A stretch of 64,000 nt of DNA from Phallusia mammillata (taxonomy: Eukaryota), in NCBI GenBank assembly GCA_965637545.1, contig OZ281495.1, forward strand, positions 32,674,001-32,738,000, read 5' to 3'. How positions within the stretch are numbered: the stretch's first letter is position 1; each line of letters opens with the position of its first letter. Below, piece by piece: positions 15,001 to 30,000 of the stretch. A program made the translations under genes and the position numbers. A model generated the notes under the pieces. It did no database searches, was not told the origin of the DNA, and saw only the letters and a program-made list of their open reading frames with translations.

Positions 15001-18000
15001 TTGGAGGGGCTGATATTGTTCAGTATAACCACTTGCGAATATTGTTTCAGGTTTTCGTGAACGCAGTTGATTCCCGTCGTAAAGTTTTCGGATATTTCGA
15101 ACCTGAAGGCCGAGAGTGGAAAGATGGATTAATTCAACAAATGATCAGACCGCATTGTGTGGAACAAGACGCTCCTACTTCTACAGGGGTGAGTGTATAT
15201 TAATACGGAAATCGTTTGAAGTCCGATTGCTACAAAAACATCTTTATTGGATGGGTAAGTTTCGTCGGGTTCATCACTAAGCCTGTGTAGCTTAGTTTGT
15301 AGAGCGCGAGTCCCGGAAAGACTCCTGTCGTGGGTTAGAACCCCGCCGCAGGCTAGTTTTTTTCTAGCCTATGCCTTACCAAATGGGAATGCTTGGTGAC
15401 CGTCTGATTCGGCACAACGTCTTTAATAGGCCTGGCGTACTTTGATTATTGGGTGATGTTGACTATTTAAGTCATATCATTTTACCCTGGACGTTTAAAA
15501 TGTGCAAGTCTATGTAAGTCTGTCACTAAAACGTGAATATTGAGGACTTGAGGATCATACAGAAATCGTGAACGTTTGTTTAACCCTTGGAAAAAAGATA
15601 TATTCCTTATAGAAGCCTATAGAAAGGCACACCACTTCCAATGCGCCAACTAAATTGCGTTTTCCCCACTAATTAATCACCAAAAGCTCTCAACCTTATT
15701 TGTTCACTTGCAGAGATCCACAAAACCGAGTGTCCTCCTCCTCCATGTTGACGGGAGGATGGAAGCAGAAGATGCCGATATCTTCCTTCAGCTCCTCCGC
15801 TCCGAACCGGGATCAGCTGCATCTGGTGGTCCAACATCCGGACATGTGGGAAGCTCCTCCTGGCTGTCGTTGCCTAACAACGAGAGATTGAATCTTCCTC
15901 TTGATCTCCGCGTCATCTGGGAGGCTGCCGATTTATCATGTCTTGCTCCGAATCTTCTTTCACAACTTGGAGTTCTCGGATTTAGTGGAACTGGTGAGTT
16001 GATAGGAATGGATTGAAAATATGTTACGTTTAACTTGGGCACTGTTCAAATCTGAAACAAGCATGTCATTATCAACTCGACATGGACATTCCAAAGTCCT
16101 GTATGATGACAAAACGATTGGCAAAAATGTTTCTTACAGCTAAATTCTGGATTGGAAAATGAAAACTGTTGAAAACATACACAAATAGAACCAATAAAAC
16201 GTTATTTAAATACCGCGTAAGTTTGAGTAAAAAATAAAGTGTTACGTTTCATGCTGCTCACAGTGCTCAGCAAAGGTTATGGCCTATCACCTCAATCGTA
16301 TACCTTCTGTGCGTCGCATCCCTTCAGTCATTTGGACCTCTGATTAATTTTCAGAACTCAGCTGGGATCTTCATCTCACTCACTGGCTCAAGAACCTTTC
16401 TGACGTCACCCGCTCTTTCACCCATGACGTCATCATGCGTTATCTTCCCCGGCTAGTGACGTTTTTCAACTCTTCGACCACTCCTCCCCACCTCGTCGGC
16501 GACAATGACGTCACGCCCCGATTACGTCAGACCGTGCGCGTCAGTACGTCATCGATGACGTGTACCTTCTGCAAGTTGCTCGATTGTCTGTTGCCGAGTG
16601 ATTCCTCGCCCGTTGAGAGAGAGAGATATGTTGCTTATGGTGCGTTCTGGGCCTTTGGAGGAACTTTGGAGGCGGATTCGAGGGAGCTCTTCTCCTCCTG
16701 GTGGTGCAGGATTTGGCCAAACTCCTTCCCAACTGCCCTCGGTGATCCCTGGCGCCAGTTTGTGGACGCGGAGAGCCGAAACTTCGTCCGCTGGGAGGAG
16801 CACTTGCCGCAGTTTTCTGGTTCCGCTGGTGGTTCGGGAAGTGTGTTCGTTCACACGCCTGACGCGAGTCAACTCATGCATCTGATTGGTGCGCTGATGG
16901 ACGCCGGTCATGCTTCGATGCTCGCCGGTCCGCTCGGGTGTGGCAAGAGCGCCATCGTGCGGGAGCGTGTTAACAACGTGAGCAGTGGTGAAGTGGCGGA
17001 AGTGCTGAGTTTGTTTGTCCATTGTAACCGACTCACGGAGGCTGGGAATTTGTGGACGCGGATTACGGAACATCTCGAATGGAAACATGGAGTCACATTC
17101 ACTCCACGCGGGAACAAGAAGCTGCTTTGTATGGTTGATGACCTCAATCTCGCAAGATCTATTGGATCAGGTGGGTGATAAAATTGTGTTAATTCTGTCA
17201 TTGGTTGATCAGAAAAGTTAGGTGTTAATATGCTGCTGTCGTGGGTTCGAATCCCATCGTAGCCTAGACTTTCTGACCTGCGCTGAGCAATTGCTTAGAA
17301 TCTGAGGCTAATATTCCCTGTAGGCCTAATAGACAATTTCTTTCTCCACATTTTTATCTTTCAATGCTTCTCTTTTACTTTCAGAAGGTGAATCCCCCAA
17401 CCTGCAATCAGCTTGTGAATTGGTTCGTCAACATCTTGACGTGGGAGGAGTAAGGAATCCTGTCACCTATAAATGGCAGCAGGTATAACAACAAAACTGC
17501 AACACTTAAGTGCTTGTGGCAGATACAACTATATAGCTCATATATATTTTACAAATCTTCAAAAAGTTGGTGTTTTGTGGTGGCAACAATTGTGTTAGTG
17601 ATGATTTTACATGTTCAACAGTAAGGGTATGCTATTTGGTGCGTTTATACCCTGGTAAAGAGGTCACAAAGAAGAAGTCGACACGCCGAATAATAAAGAT
17701 AAAATTGCCGCAAAAACAACGATAGTTAGAATGTCCTGCCTAGCAACGAGGTACTATTATTCGCAGGTTAGCAACACCGCTTACGTCACAACGATCAATC
17801 CCCGGCCCTTCTCGTGTTCAAATGTGATGAGTCAGCGCATGACGAGGCACTTCTCGGTCTTTTCGTGCCCGTATCCGTCCGTTGCCACGCAACACTCCAT
17901 TTTCAGGTAAGTAAACAACATTACTTGGGGTAGAAGTTGTGACTTTGTAAACGTCCATTTCTTTTTCCGCAGCACACTCATACAAAGTCGGTTGCTTCTC

Positions 18001-21000
18001 ACACACGGTGGTTCCCCTACTTCGTCCGATGCTCTCAACGAAAAACCAATGGAGGTGAGAAAAATGTCGAAACCTTACCTCAAAATCTTTGGGAAATGTT
18101 TATTTCCAGGTTTATATCAGTTGACAATCTTATAAAGAACCAAATATATTTTGCTAAAAACCATCTTTAGTGTTTATAAGGGCAATAAAAAGTAACTTGA
18201 GTTTCATTTTGCAGGAGCAACGTAGCCCAAGTTTCTTGTTTTAATACAGTTATTCCCAACCTAGACTCGCTTAAACTTTTCTGTGAAGAATCACTGTTAA
18301 AATAAAAGACTAAAAAAGTGTCAGTATGTGAACCATCAACCTTCTGAACATCACAATATTTTCTTCCTCTTCACAGACCCTCCTCTCGAACATCACCATA
18401 GTAACGGTGGAGCTGCAGGAGCGATTGAGGGGGATGTACCTGCGCACCCCCGAACGAGCCCACTACACATTCGCCCTCGGCGACCTTGAGAAGATATTCC
18501 GTAACCTCATGACGTCACTGGCACCGGGATGTCGCCAGCGCGAGTTGTTGTTGCTATGGCGACACGAGTGCGATTGGACGTACATGAAGCGCATGGTGGG
18601 TTGGCATGATAACAGCAATCAAAAACTTTAAATAATTTAATTTAAATTCTCAACTGGGTGAAATTGCCTTTATGGTATGTTTCTGTTTTTTCTTCTCCAA
18701 ATCCTCTGTTGTTTTTGAGTCCATGGTATGTAAATTTGGATTTTATTTTAGAACTTTTTTTCCATACCATTGACTATTATTAGTTTAACTTAACAAAACA
18801 GTCGGTTTGGTGAAATATTCTATTTTATAATTTGGCTGGTCACAGGTTTCCAACGTCGATTGTGAGAGATACCAGCAAGCCATGGATACTTCGGTGCGCA
18901 AATATTTAACCGAGAACAAATTCCTATCCCTGCTGCTAGCCTCGAAGCAGCCTCTATTCAGCAGCGTCCGTGAGTTGGAGAGTGGAATTATCACCGCAGG
19001 GAGGTAAGCGAACTTTCCATCAACTTGTGGCTTAAATTGGTGGTTACAATGAACTTTTCGGTTTTGCAGAAACTTCGGACGAAATTCGAGCAATCGCAGA
19101 TCTGACGTCACCACTGCTCACGTGACCGACTATTACAAGGTTGCAGCCAATCAGAAGGAAGTACACGACCTTCTACTGGAGGCGTTAAAGGTGGGACACT
19201 CAAACATACATTGTACTCCATAACTATTCTCGATATTTTACATTTCTTTTCAGGAATACAACAAAGTAAACGTGAAGATGCGACTGAACTTTTACGATGA
19301 CACCATCAAGTTAATCTGCCGAGCTTCTCGAATTCTTCAGAGTTCTCAATCCCAGTCTCATTCTGTGATGTTTGGGGACGGTTGTCCAGCCATGGCCGCG
19401 CTAATCGTCAACATATGTAAGTTGGGAGAAGTTGAAACAACAAATAGCGAAGTTAGAAGGGTTTGGTTCCAACCCTAGTGTGGGAAACATAACAGAAACT
19501 TTTTGAAGCTGACCTTTTTTACTCTGAAATTTGCAAATGAAACAATTCCCAAGACTTCCGATAACAAACAAAATCAATGTATAAGCATCAAGCCAAAAAA
19601 TAACAAGTAAGCTGCAGACGGTACACACCGTTTTCACCTAATAGGTTGGATGGCTATACATTAGCCAATACTACCAATGTCTTGTCACCAGCTGTCCCAA
19701 ATGAAACCTTATAGGTCAAAACAGTGTGTACCGTCTGCAACTTACTTGCCGCAACATCAAGTTTCGCAATTTGCATCACCTTTTCCTTTTGTTTTTTTCG
19801 CAGCTGCCCACTTGGGTGGTTTCCGTGTTGTCACCCTCCCCCCACTCATAACCCCGTCATCGGGTGATTCCCCCCATCACCCGAACCCCACCAGTTCGAC
19901 CCCAGCCTCACTTGCCGAACCCGACCAGAAACGTCTCCAACATTTCAAAAGATTCCTGGTTCAACTTTACAACAATGCTGGGGTTAAAGGTCAAAAGATC
20001 GTCTTCATACTCCATGATGATAAGTACGTCATAATACAGTATTGCTTACGTAACAATATATTTTTTCATTACTGCTTACTTCCTAGCCTAATGATACACG
20101 TCATAAGTTGTAAGTTATTTGTTTATGGCGTATTTACTACAGAGAGCTGAACAACGAATGTTTGACGGTGATCGAAGAGTTGGTTTGCTACGGGGCGATT
20201 TCACACCTATTCACACCCGATGAACAGACAACCATAGCGAACTCTGTACGAAGCGAAGTGACTGCGGCTGGTCTCACTTATTCCAAGGAAGTCGCGTGGC
20301 ACTTCTTTCTCACAACGGTTCGCAACAATCTAAGGATCGTCCTCATTTGCTCCAACACCGGTAAGTGTCAATTTAAGCTAAAACAGTAATAGATAAGCTA
20401 TTGCTGCCAGGCATAATATCAACTTTATAGTCACTTCGTCGTTTTCGTCATTTGACAGTGATGTACAAGAGCGTTTTTGTCTCAACATTTATGCACAGTG
20501 TCTTTCTTTGTCTGGCGTCGAATTTTCCAGTTGATTCTTAATCACAATGGCACCCAGATTCGAATGGAAGACTAGGTCAGACAGTTTGTGCAAAGAGTGC
20601 AGTGGAAGGTCAACTTCAAATACGTGTTCGTGGAACGCTTCAGTTTGACGCTGGATGAACATATACATACACCAGAAACAGACTTTATCTGAATGTTAAA
20701 GTTAATGCGTGGGACAAACAAATCTAGGAGTCTGGGTATGGTACGAGTCAATGGTGGTTAATCTGCTTAAATGAGTCTCCAACTTGTTACCAAACATCTA
20801 AATGACTTCGGTTGGATTTTAAAAAGCAAGTTTTTGGCTGTGTAACCGACGGTGCCGCGGTAATGGTAAAATTCGGAAGGTTGGCCACGGCCGAGCACCA
20901 ACAGTGATTTGCTCATGCCCCTCGATCTTGCTGTGTGCGATGTAATATACAAAAAAACCTTGTTGAATAATTGCTGCCGACACGTCAACACGTCAATGCT

Positions 21001-24000
21001 CTTCTGGCAATTGTATTTTTATTCCGACGTTTCGACGTCCTATACAGGCCGCCTTCATCAGGGTAAATAACACTGAATGCGCGTAGCAGTGCACGATAAA
21101 TAAAAGGTAAAAAAGGAATTAAACGAAGTACGCAACAATGCAAGGAAAACACTGCGCGATAACGAATGATTGGGCCTCTAATCTTTAAGCAGTTGCCTGT
21201 AGCACGCTGGAAGCATCACGTCTGTTTTGATGTTACCGTAACTAGAACAGTTATTTAGGACGAAAAGTACCAGCTGATAGTTGTAAGTAACTACCAACTG
21301 CAAAAAAACTAAGTTTTTTAACAATACTTTCCACGCAGGGGACGCTTTCATGGAGAAAAGTTTAGAATTTCCATCCTTGTTCAGTCGCATGAACATGATA
21401 GCCCTGCATCACTGGAACAGAGAACAACTCGTCACAAACGCCCTTTATCACTTCAACAAGCGTCACGGTGACGTCACAATGGACGATGATGACGTAACAA
21501 CCAAACCCGGGTCACGTGGTCGACGTCACGTGATGGATAAGCGCGGAAAAGAGAATGTCGCTCACTTGTTAGCAAACATGCACATGCTGGTCCGGATTAG
21601 GGACGACAATAAATTTTACAGGTCAGATACGGTTGGCTGCACAAAGCTAGCTTGAAGCGTGCTCAGATGTGAAAACTGTGTGAACAGAACTTTATTCTGT
21701 TACTTTATCATATTGGAAAAAGTTGTGCATTGAAAACGTGATGCTGTTGTATCTAAAAAATAGTATTTATGCAATTCACGCAAGAGTTGCATTTCAACCA
21801 ATGTCAGCCGTTAGACTGTTTAATTTTTCCAACCTACCCATTTAACCTACCATCACAGCTACATTAAACGTTGGTTCAAAAGCACTACTTCAACAAATTT
21901 TTATTAGCAATAATATTTTTTCCAGGGTTCCGGGCCACGTAAGCAACTATGCGTACGAAAAGTTAGTGGAAAGATTCGTTCACTTGTACCGCGAGCGACG
22001 CCAAGCGGTCAAGCAGAGTCACCTGGCCACGCGAGGCGCCCTTGAGAACATCGATCGCGAGAACTCGGTCGCGGAAGTCTTGCAGAAAGATTTGGACAGA
22101 GAGCAAAAGGTGAAAACTAAAACTGTTCGATGTGTGGCAGAAAACAGCTGATCTTCACCTCGTCATTCCGAACTAGTTTGCTTAATTGCTGCGATCCACT
22201 TAACCGTGACGGTTTTGTAAATCGTAAACCGTTGGCGAGCATTTGTTTAGAAATAATTTTAATGCAATCCGCTTAATCGGGAAATTCCGGTAATTGGGAC
22301 GATAGAGTGGGCAAAGTGGAGTTGCGATTAACCGGATTCGTATGTATACCATGATGCTCAAAATAGTGTGGCAAGTACAACGTTTTGGAAAACAAAAAAC
22401 AAAGTTTTGGCAAAAATAGAACCAGACTCTTTCACTTCCATGTTTTTGGGATGTGATTTTAAATTTTTTCGTTTTAGGTTCTTGAGGAGCACAGAGCTGG
22501 AACTTTACAATTACTTGCACAGATCGGACAGGACATGGTGATAACGGAACAACAGGTGAGTTTGTAAATATATAGGGACTGTTGTGCTTGAAAAACGAAG
22601 TGGGAAGTTTTATTGCTGGTTTTTGGAAGGCTTATATTTTTCTATAGCCCCCGGCTGACGCAATTTTAAAGAATTTTGTTGTAGCGTTTTATGCAGCAAA
22701 ACTGTCTCCCAGTCGTATATACCCACAATGCACCAACCTCACTTTCTTGTGAGTCCCAGTCACACAACTCTTTATAATACGGTGTAGGCTTGGTGATTGT
22801 TTAGTGCAATTGTGTCGCTATGTTGACCAAGTGAAATAAACTCAACTCAAATTAACAACCAGTTAGAAAACCTGATTATTTAAAGTTGTTCAGCTCAGTA
22901 AATATCAACAGCTTTCAATATTTTGTAATCCCTGTTCCAGGTTTCAGCGGTGAAGCGACAGATTAAGAGAATTCGACATCTGAAGAAAACTTTACCGGAA
23001 TATCAACTTGCACATGAAAAGGCGATTTACAAAACCACGGCGATTGTTGCCGACACTAAAAAAGTTGTCCAAGAAATTGACGTTCAGGTAAACCATGTTT
23101 AAAGTTGCATTCACCAGAAAATAAGGAAACCAGTAGTGCTTAATGTTGTTCAGTGCTCTCTACCTATCGACATTGTTCAGTTTGACGCCTTTCCCAGGTG
23201 ACTTCATCTCATTTTGACTCAATAACTTACAATGAAAATATTAAAAGCTATTACAAAACACCAAGTCCTAAAACAAGATCTTTTTCCTGCAAATCAAACA
23301 GCAAAAGACTGTAGACTGTAGTTTTACTACTTAGAATAAAACATACGAGAAGTATCGATCCTCTGACAGGCAGCATACTTAACGACGATCACTTTTTTCA
23401 AGTACAACTCTAAATATGGAAACAGATTCTCCATGAAACAGAATCAGTCAATAAAAACTTAAGAATATAAATTTCGGCTATTGACGTCGTCGGTTTGTAA
23501 CATCTGGTTTAGTGATATTCGATCTTCTTATTATTATCGTCCTCGTCTCCAGGCTCTTCAGGAGCTCCGATCCCTCCAGAAGCCGGATGCAGAGGTGGAA
23601 GACATGATGGCAGCCATCATAATGATCCTGAAATCTCCAAACTCCGATGTTTCGTGGAGCAAAGGTGCGAAGAGGCAGATGGCAAACCTGGACCGCTTCC
23701 TGGATGAGCTGATGAGTTTTGATGAGATGACTCTTCCACTGGTGAGATGTTGTACCTGATATTGTGTCAAGTCAATAACAATTCGCAGGCTTTTTCACCT
23801 CAGCATATAGCTTTACTTTTTGAACATCATCATCTAGTAATGAGCTGTGACTATAGATGCAATTGAAAAAAGCAAAGCAAGCTGAAAGCATGTAATGTAG
23901 CATTAACATCAACTCCCAATGCAGACTTTTGTTTTATTGCCAACGTATAATCCAGTTTATTGAGTTCGTTATCCCAATTATGTCTTCACACCCCGTGATT

Positions 24001-27000
24001 GCTTATGTAACAAGTCCATTTATTACTTTTTGTCAGTAGTTTATACGTGATACCAAATCCATGGGCTTTATCAATAGACCATTTTCCCTGTAGATATCAT
24101 GTTTGCTTATAAGCTAAGAATCAACTCTTTTCACATGCCACTTAACATTTCAACACAGTTACTTTAAACTCTCATTCATGCGTCACAGGCAACTTTGGAA
24201 AATCTTGAAAGTTTTCTGGAGAAAGAAACCTTTGCCCCGGAAGTTCTCACGCAAAAAGCAGGGGGAAACCCCGCAGCTGGTGGGAATTGTGAAATTTATG
24301 AATGAAAGTAGTTGACCGTGTGAAAACTTACATTATGTCTATTCAGGTTCGTTGGTGAAATGGGTTCAGGGAGTCTTCAGGTATCACACCACACTGATCA
24401 GCAAAGTTAAACCGCTCCATGAGAAGGTTGAGGAAACTTCTGTATCGATTGGTGAGTGTGGTTTAGAACGGGGGTGGGGAACCTGCGGCCCGCTTGCCTT
24501 TTTAATGTGGCCCGCGTCACAATTTTGTTAAGGTACAACATAAAACGTAGCATAAAAAAACAATAATAAAATGTTTGTGTACAATTGTACGTAAAATAGT
24601 AAATATATTTACTTGAAAAGACTTCGACTTTTCTGCATTTGACGTCAAACTTATTAAAATTACCACACATTCAACCACTTGCTGTATTTGTGACGTAACA
24701 GTCACTCGATTGTCTCTCCTTGCAGTAACAAATCATTTGCCATGTGGTGTTAGTTTTAAATGAAGCTATAGGGTGTTCCAGAAACAATGGACAGATTTTA
24801 GTCGAATTAAGTGATAAACCTGTATGCCTTGTTTGTTGCAAACAAGTAACAGCAAAGAAAAAATCAAATCTGCAGCGATGAAATATAAAATCACTTGTGT
24901 GCTTAGGGTAATATTACACGGAATTTGAAAATAAAAAAATATTTGGCCCGCCCGAAAATGTTGTGCAATTCATGCGGCCCGCAGTACTAAGTAGGTTCCC
25001 CACCCCTGGTTTAGAATCATGCAAATATTTGATGCGAATGATCAGGTGTTATTGCTGGACTTTGGTCCTGGTGTTTGAGTTTGAGTGAGCGCATAAAGTT
25101 GCCATATGAAAAAGCTTTACGTTGAATTAGATTTATAGGAAATGCAGTAGATTTGAAATAGACATGCAAATGCGTTGCATGATTACATCCACATAAGCCC
25201 AGTACTCAAAGATTACTTCCTTTATGAAAAACAGGGGCGTAGAATATTGAGCTTCCCATTCCAAAAACATGCACAAAAATGTTACCGATGAGATTTGTAT
25301 TATTCGTGTATTAATCTTCTATACATTTTTAGGTGACGCCCAACACAAACTTCGTCAGTTGGAGAGCAAGAAAGAAGCTTTGGAAGCTCGACTGCGCGAT
25401 CTAGCGGATGGATTCGAGCAGGCAACAGCAGATAAAAATACTCAGGTTGAGAAACGCAGTGAAATGGAAGAACATCTGAGAGTTGCTGCTCAATTCCGTC
25501 AGATATTGGCTGGGGAACATAGACGGTGTTGTGGTGTGCTCAACACATACGAGGTGGGTGAGGTTAAATTACTGTTGTTTGCAAATGAGATCTAAATGTC
25601 AAGTTGAAGAACTGAAAAACAGTAAACAGACCTGGCCTGAAACCGTCCACTTATGTTGCTTGTTGTGTTGTTAGTGTATACTGCTATGGACTCCTATACC
25701 TTTGGAGAAGGGACTTATTTGTACATAAATAAAACAAGTCGTACGCAATTTTAGTTGTGTTTTACCACTGATCTCCCTAAGTACAGTCTTTCACATACTG
25801 ACCACTCATCTGACAGGATCGGCTGGATTGGGTGACTGGGGCAGCGGCGGTTTCATCCGGTTTCGCAACTTACCTCTCAGCTTACCCTTACGCCCTCCGA
25901 CGGATGATTCTCACCAGAGACTGGCCTGTTTGCCTCGCGGATCGGGGAGTTCCCCTCGTCTTCGATTCGATTGACCCCGTGAACGGTCACGTGATCGAGT
26001 TCATGCTTGACGTCAACGGTTAGTGATTGTGACGTCAATAATGTCCATATTATTCTTTGAAACTTTGTTTTTGGGGAAATAGAAAACATTATGGACGTGA
26101 GCCCGCGCAAAATGAGCGAGGGTGACGCAATGCTCGACGCTGTCATGGCAACCGCAGGCAATATGACGTCACAAGGGGAAGAGGAGGGCGACGGGGAAGC
26201 CCCTTCTGCAGATTTTAACCAATCGAGTTCTGAGGATTTACCGAATGAAGGTTTTTAGTTTTTCAGTTCATTTAACACGTGACATAGCATACTTCTGTTA
26301 CTATGACGTCATATTTTCCGGCGTCATCTTTGTTGTTTTAATTTGTGAAAACTTTCTGTGTCTTAGGAATGGAAACATCGAACCAAGCCATCAACACGCT
26401 CCCACCCGTCGCCGAGGAAACCGACGCCGATGACGAAGCTGATGACGTAGGTGCTGACGAAGAGCATGACGTCAGTGAAGAGAATGAGCAAGTGGAAGAT
26501 CGGAGGAGCGAAGCGCGGAAAGCGAGTCAGCCTGAAATTGAAACAACAGCGAGTAAAATCTCGCAGGGAATTCTGTTCCAACCTTACACTGTGGAAAACC
26601 TCAGGTTCATTAGTCAGGAGGAATACCAGGTGCGTGGGATTGGGATGTTTCCTGTAATTGCGGTGCATTTAATTCCTGACTTGAAAATGTTGGACCGACT
26701 CCTTCCATGTGTCCGAAAATATTGATATTTAAGTGTTTATTTAACTTTTTGCAGGGTCAGTGCTACCGTCGCGCTTGTGATTTGTTTGCGATCGCTGCAA
26801 TGTTACCCTTCCACTTTGCAATATGCTTCCATTTAAGAACAGATTTGCAAGTACCACTATTGCGTTTGAGGCGTTTAGTGATAGGATAGACGAGGCAACA
26901 TTGCTTGTACATCAACTCACTACATAAAATGTTTCCTCTATGTTGCAGAGTTATCTGAGTTCATTGATCAAAGTGCTTGTGGGTGAAGATGTGCTGCAGG

Positions 27001-30000
27001 AATGGAAAACTAAAGGATTCGCTCATCACCAGGTAACAACATATTACCTTCCAGTGTCAATAAATATGATTCGGTTTAAGTTAATAATTTGATCAATTAT
27101 TTTATTATCCACGTATTACTTCAGTTACAAAACGCTGCGGTGATGCTGTCGTCATGGCAACGCCCACCGTTGCTATTGGATCCCTACCTGACGGGCGTTG
27201 ATTGGTGCGCGGTCCACCTACGTCAGAATCGGGCCGTCACCCCGGTTAATCTCGCGCCCAAAATCGACTCAAGTCACGTGACATCGATTGAGAAATCTGT
27301 GTTGGGAGGTGAGAGTTTGGAAAGTTGATATTTTTAAGTGTTTGTTTGCCAGCTGTAAAGCCAATAAAGCAGAGGTCGGCAACCTTTTTTGCACTGCGGG
27401 CCGTTTAGAAATTTAAATTTAATCCCCGACGGGCCTTCCAAAAAATTATATTCAGCAATGATGTACTGCACTCCTACAAAAATGTTTTTCAACTTGAAAA
27501 AATATGCGGCCCAGTATCGAACTCCTGATGGACTGGTGGTTCCAACCACTGCAGAAGAGGTTGTTGAAGTTAAAACTTTATTTAAAATCGTCCCCCAAAT
27601 TTGAAACTTGTGAAGATGAGTATTTTGTTATCATCGAAATATCAGTTATCAATTTCACCATCAAGGCCGTTTTATATCGAAGCTATATATGTTTTTAAGG
27701 CAACACCCTGATTTTAATGGACTGCGAACACCACGCTGGCGCCCTCGTGCGGCCACTGATACACTACGCAAATACCGCTGGAGGTCGCAATGAGCGCTCG
27801 GATGAATCACAGACTGTTCGTTTCCTGGGAAGAAGACTTGTGTGCCCTGATACGTTCAGGTAAACACAAACAACCCGGTGTATAATCCCGGCATGTTAGA
27901 TGTATTCAGTGGTGGTATTCAAGATTTTTGCCAGCAGGTTCTATCACAAAAGTCGTATTTTGTCAGCTTGTTCTATTACAAAAAGTCGATTGACAGTAAC
28001 CAGTAATGCTAACCGGTTCGCTGATCTCATGAAATTTTGTGAGACAGTTCTATAGAACACCACTGGATCCCGCCACTGGATGTACTCCTATCGTATCAAT
28101 GTTGGTGGCATAAGTAATTGCTGAAAGGTTTTATACATAAAGCGCCGTTCTAAAGGTCAAAGAACCAGAAAATGTACCAAAAGAATCAATAGCAATTCCA
28201 TGTTAAGTATTGCGAGGAACTCTTTGGTTGTAATATGATATAGACAGGTCTAAATGGTCGAAAGTAGTAATGACTCGTTCTGTCTTGAATCCAGACTTTA
28301 CCTCACCACAACCCAAATGACGTCAGCTCGAATACATCCTGACGTCATCGCCGCCACACAGCTGATCAGTTACGTCAGCAACGCAGAAACGCTTCAGGTG
28401 GGTTAATAATGTCAAGTGTGATTTGTGTCTTGTTGATAGAGGACGATTTGTAAGCGAAGAAAACAAATGTTGCTCAACCCTGACAACCAGAAACAAACTT
28501 GGATAATTTAGATGTTAATTTAATAAATCACAGCACGCCATCGAAGGCTTAATACCGAATCAGCCGGTCTCCCAAGCAATCCATATAGCAAAGCACTAGC
28601 TAAAAATATCTAGCCTGCGGTGGGATTCGAATCCACGACAGGAGCCTTTTGGGGACTCGCGCTCTACCTACACAGGCTCAGTGGAGAATCGGCCGAAAGC
28701 CGAATCACAAGCACCGTTGCCTGCCTTGTATGCTGCACATGTCAGCTTCGTAGTTGGGGATCGTAAGTTCGACCATTGATCAACTAAGAGGAACAGACTT
28801 TACTATGTATTTATCTCAATTTAATTGTTGAAGTTAACGATTTCTGTTTCACATCCTCAGGAGGATCTTCTCCTGCGGGCACTCATGCGTATCCGGCCTG
28901 ATATATACCGCGAGCGCCGCCACGTGGCCAGAGCAGTGCGACAACATCGCCACACGTTGGCGCAGTTGGACTCGACTTTATGTGAAAGGCTGGTGACCGG
29001 GGATGATCCGAAAACAATCGAAAACTCAACCAAGTTTCTTTCGAATGTCGTGGAACTGAAAGCAATGGTGAGGTCACAATGAGTTTGGAATATTTCTTAC
29101 TTCAAACCAGAGTTCGGAGCGGGCTTTTCAGGCCGGGTTTGGGCGTAGGTTTCTTGAAAAAAAAAACGGGCTTGATTCAGGTCTGACTTTACACTCTGTG
29201 TCAGTATTTTCTTGAATAAAATTAACTGGCTAAGTAGCCAGTTGCTGGACCTTGCCTAATGTCAAACAGTCCTAAAACGCGCTATGTTTTGAGACCAATT
29301 GTCTATTATTGTCCATTGTGTATGTTGTCTTTCTTAGGGCTTCAATGTATAGGAACTGTCAATCAAACTTTCGGGTTCGGGCTTCAATTTCAAGCCCGCT
29401 TACATCTCTGCTTCAAACAGTTAATTCGATTCTCCTGCAGTGTCCTTAATATGTTTTTTAGTTCAGTTTACATTCCCAAACCCTTTGTCGTGAAATTTAT
29501 TTAAAACACGTTTCGTAGATTTTTGAAGAATAATCATTTTCCCTTTTCATTCAGGTTTCCCATAAACTCGAAGAAGCCGAACAGATTCTTTCCACACTGA
29601 ACAATTTTACAGAAGAGCTTTATCCCATAGCACAACGAGCCGCGATGCTTCATTCCATATGCCGAGCCATCCCTGCTCTCAATATACATTACCAGGTTTG
29701 CCCTAATACTGGTTGTAATCAGTAGTGGCATTCAGCCGGTTCGCACCGGTTCTATAGAACCGCCTCACGAAATTTTATGAGATCAGAGAACCGGTTAGCA
29801 TTACTGGTTACTGTCAATGTACTTTTTGTAACAGAACCGGCTGAAAAATATGACTTTTGTGATAGAACCTGCTGGCAAAAATCTTGAATTTTGATCCCAC
29901 CACTGGTTGTAATACTGAGTAACCATAAGATGCTTTTACCTACAAATTGTCATTTTTACTTTTCCGTTATTTCCTCGATTCCACCTTTTCCAGATTCCGC

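Noticed and set aside
16549-17088. Antisense ORFs over dynein exons (also 1355-1711, 13173-13481) and over CIC exons
   Set aside because: Shadow frames of GC-rich coding exons with no recognisable domains.
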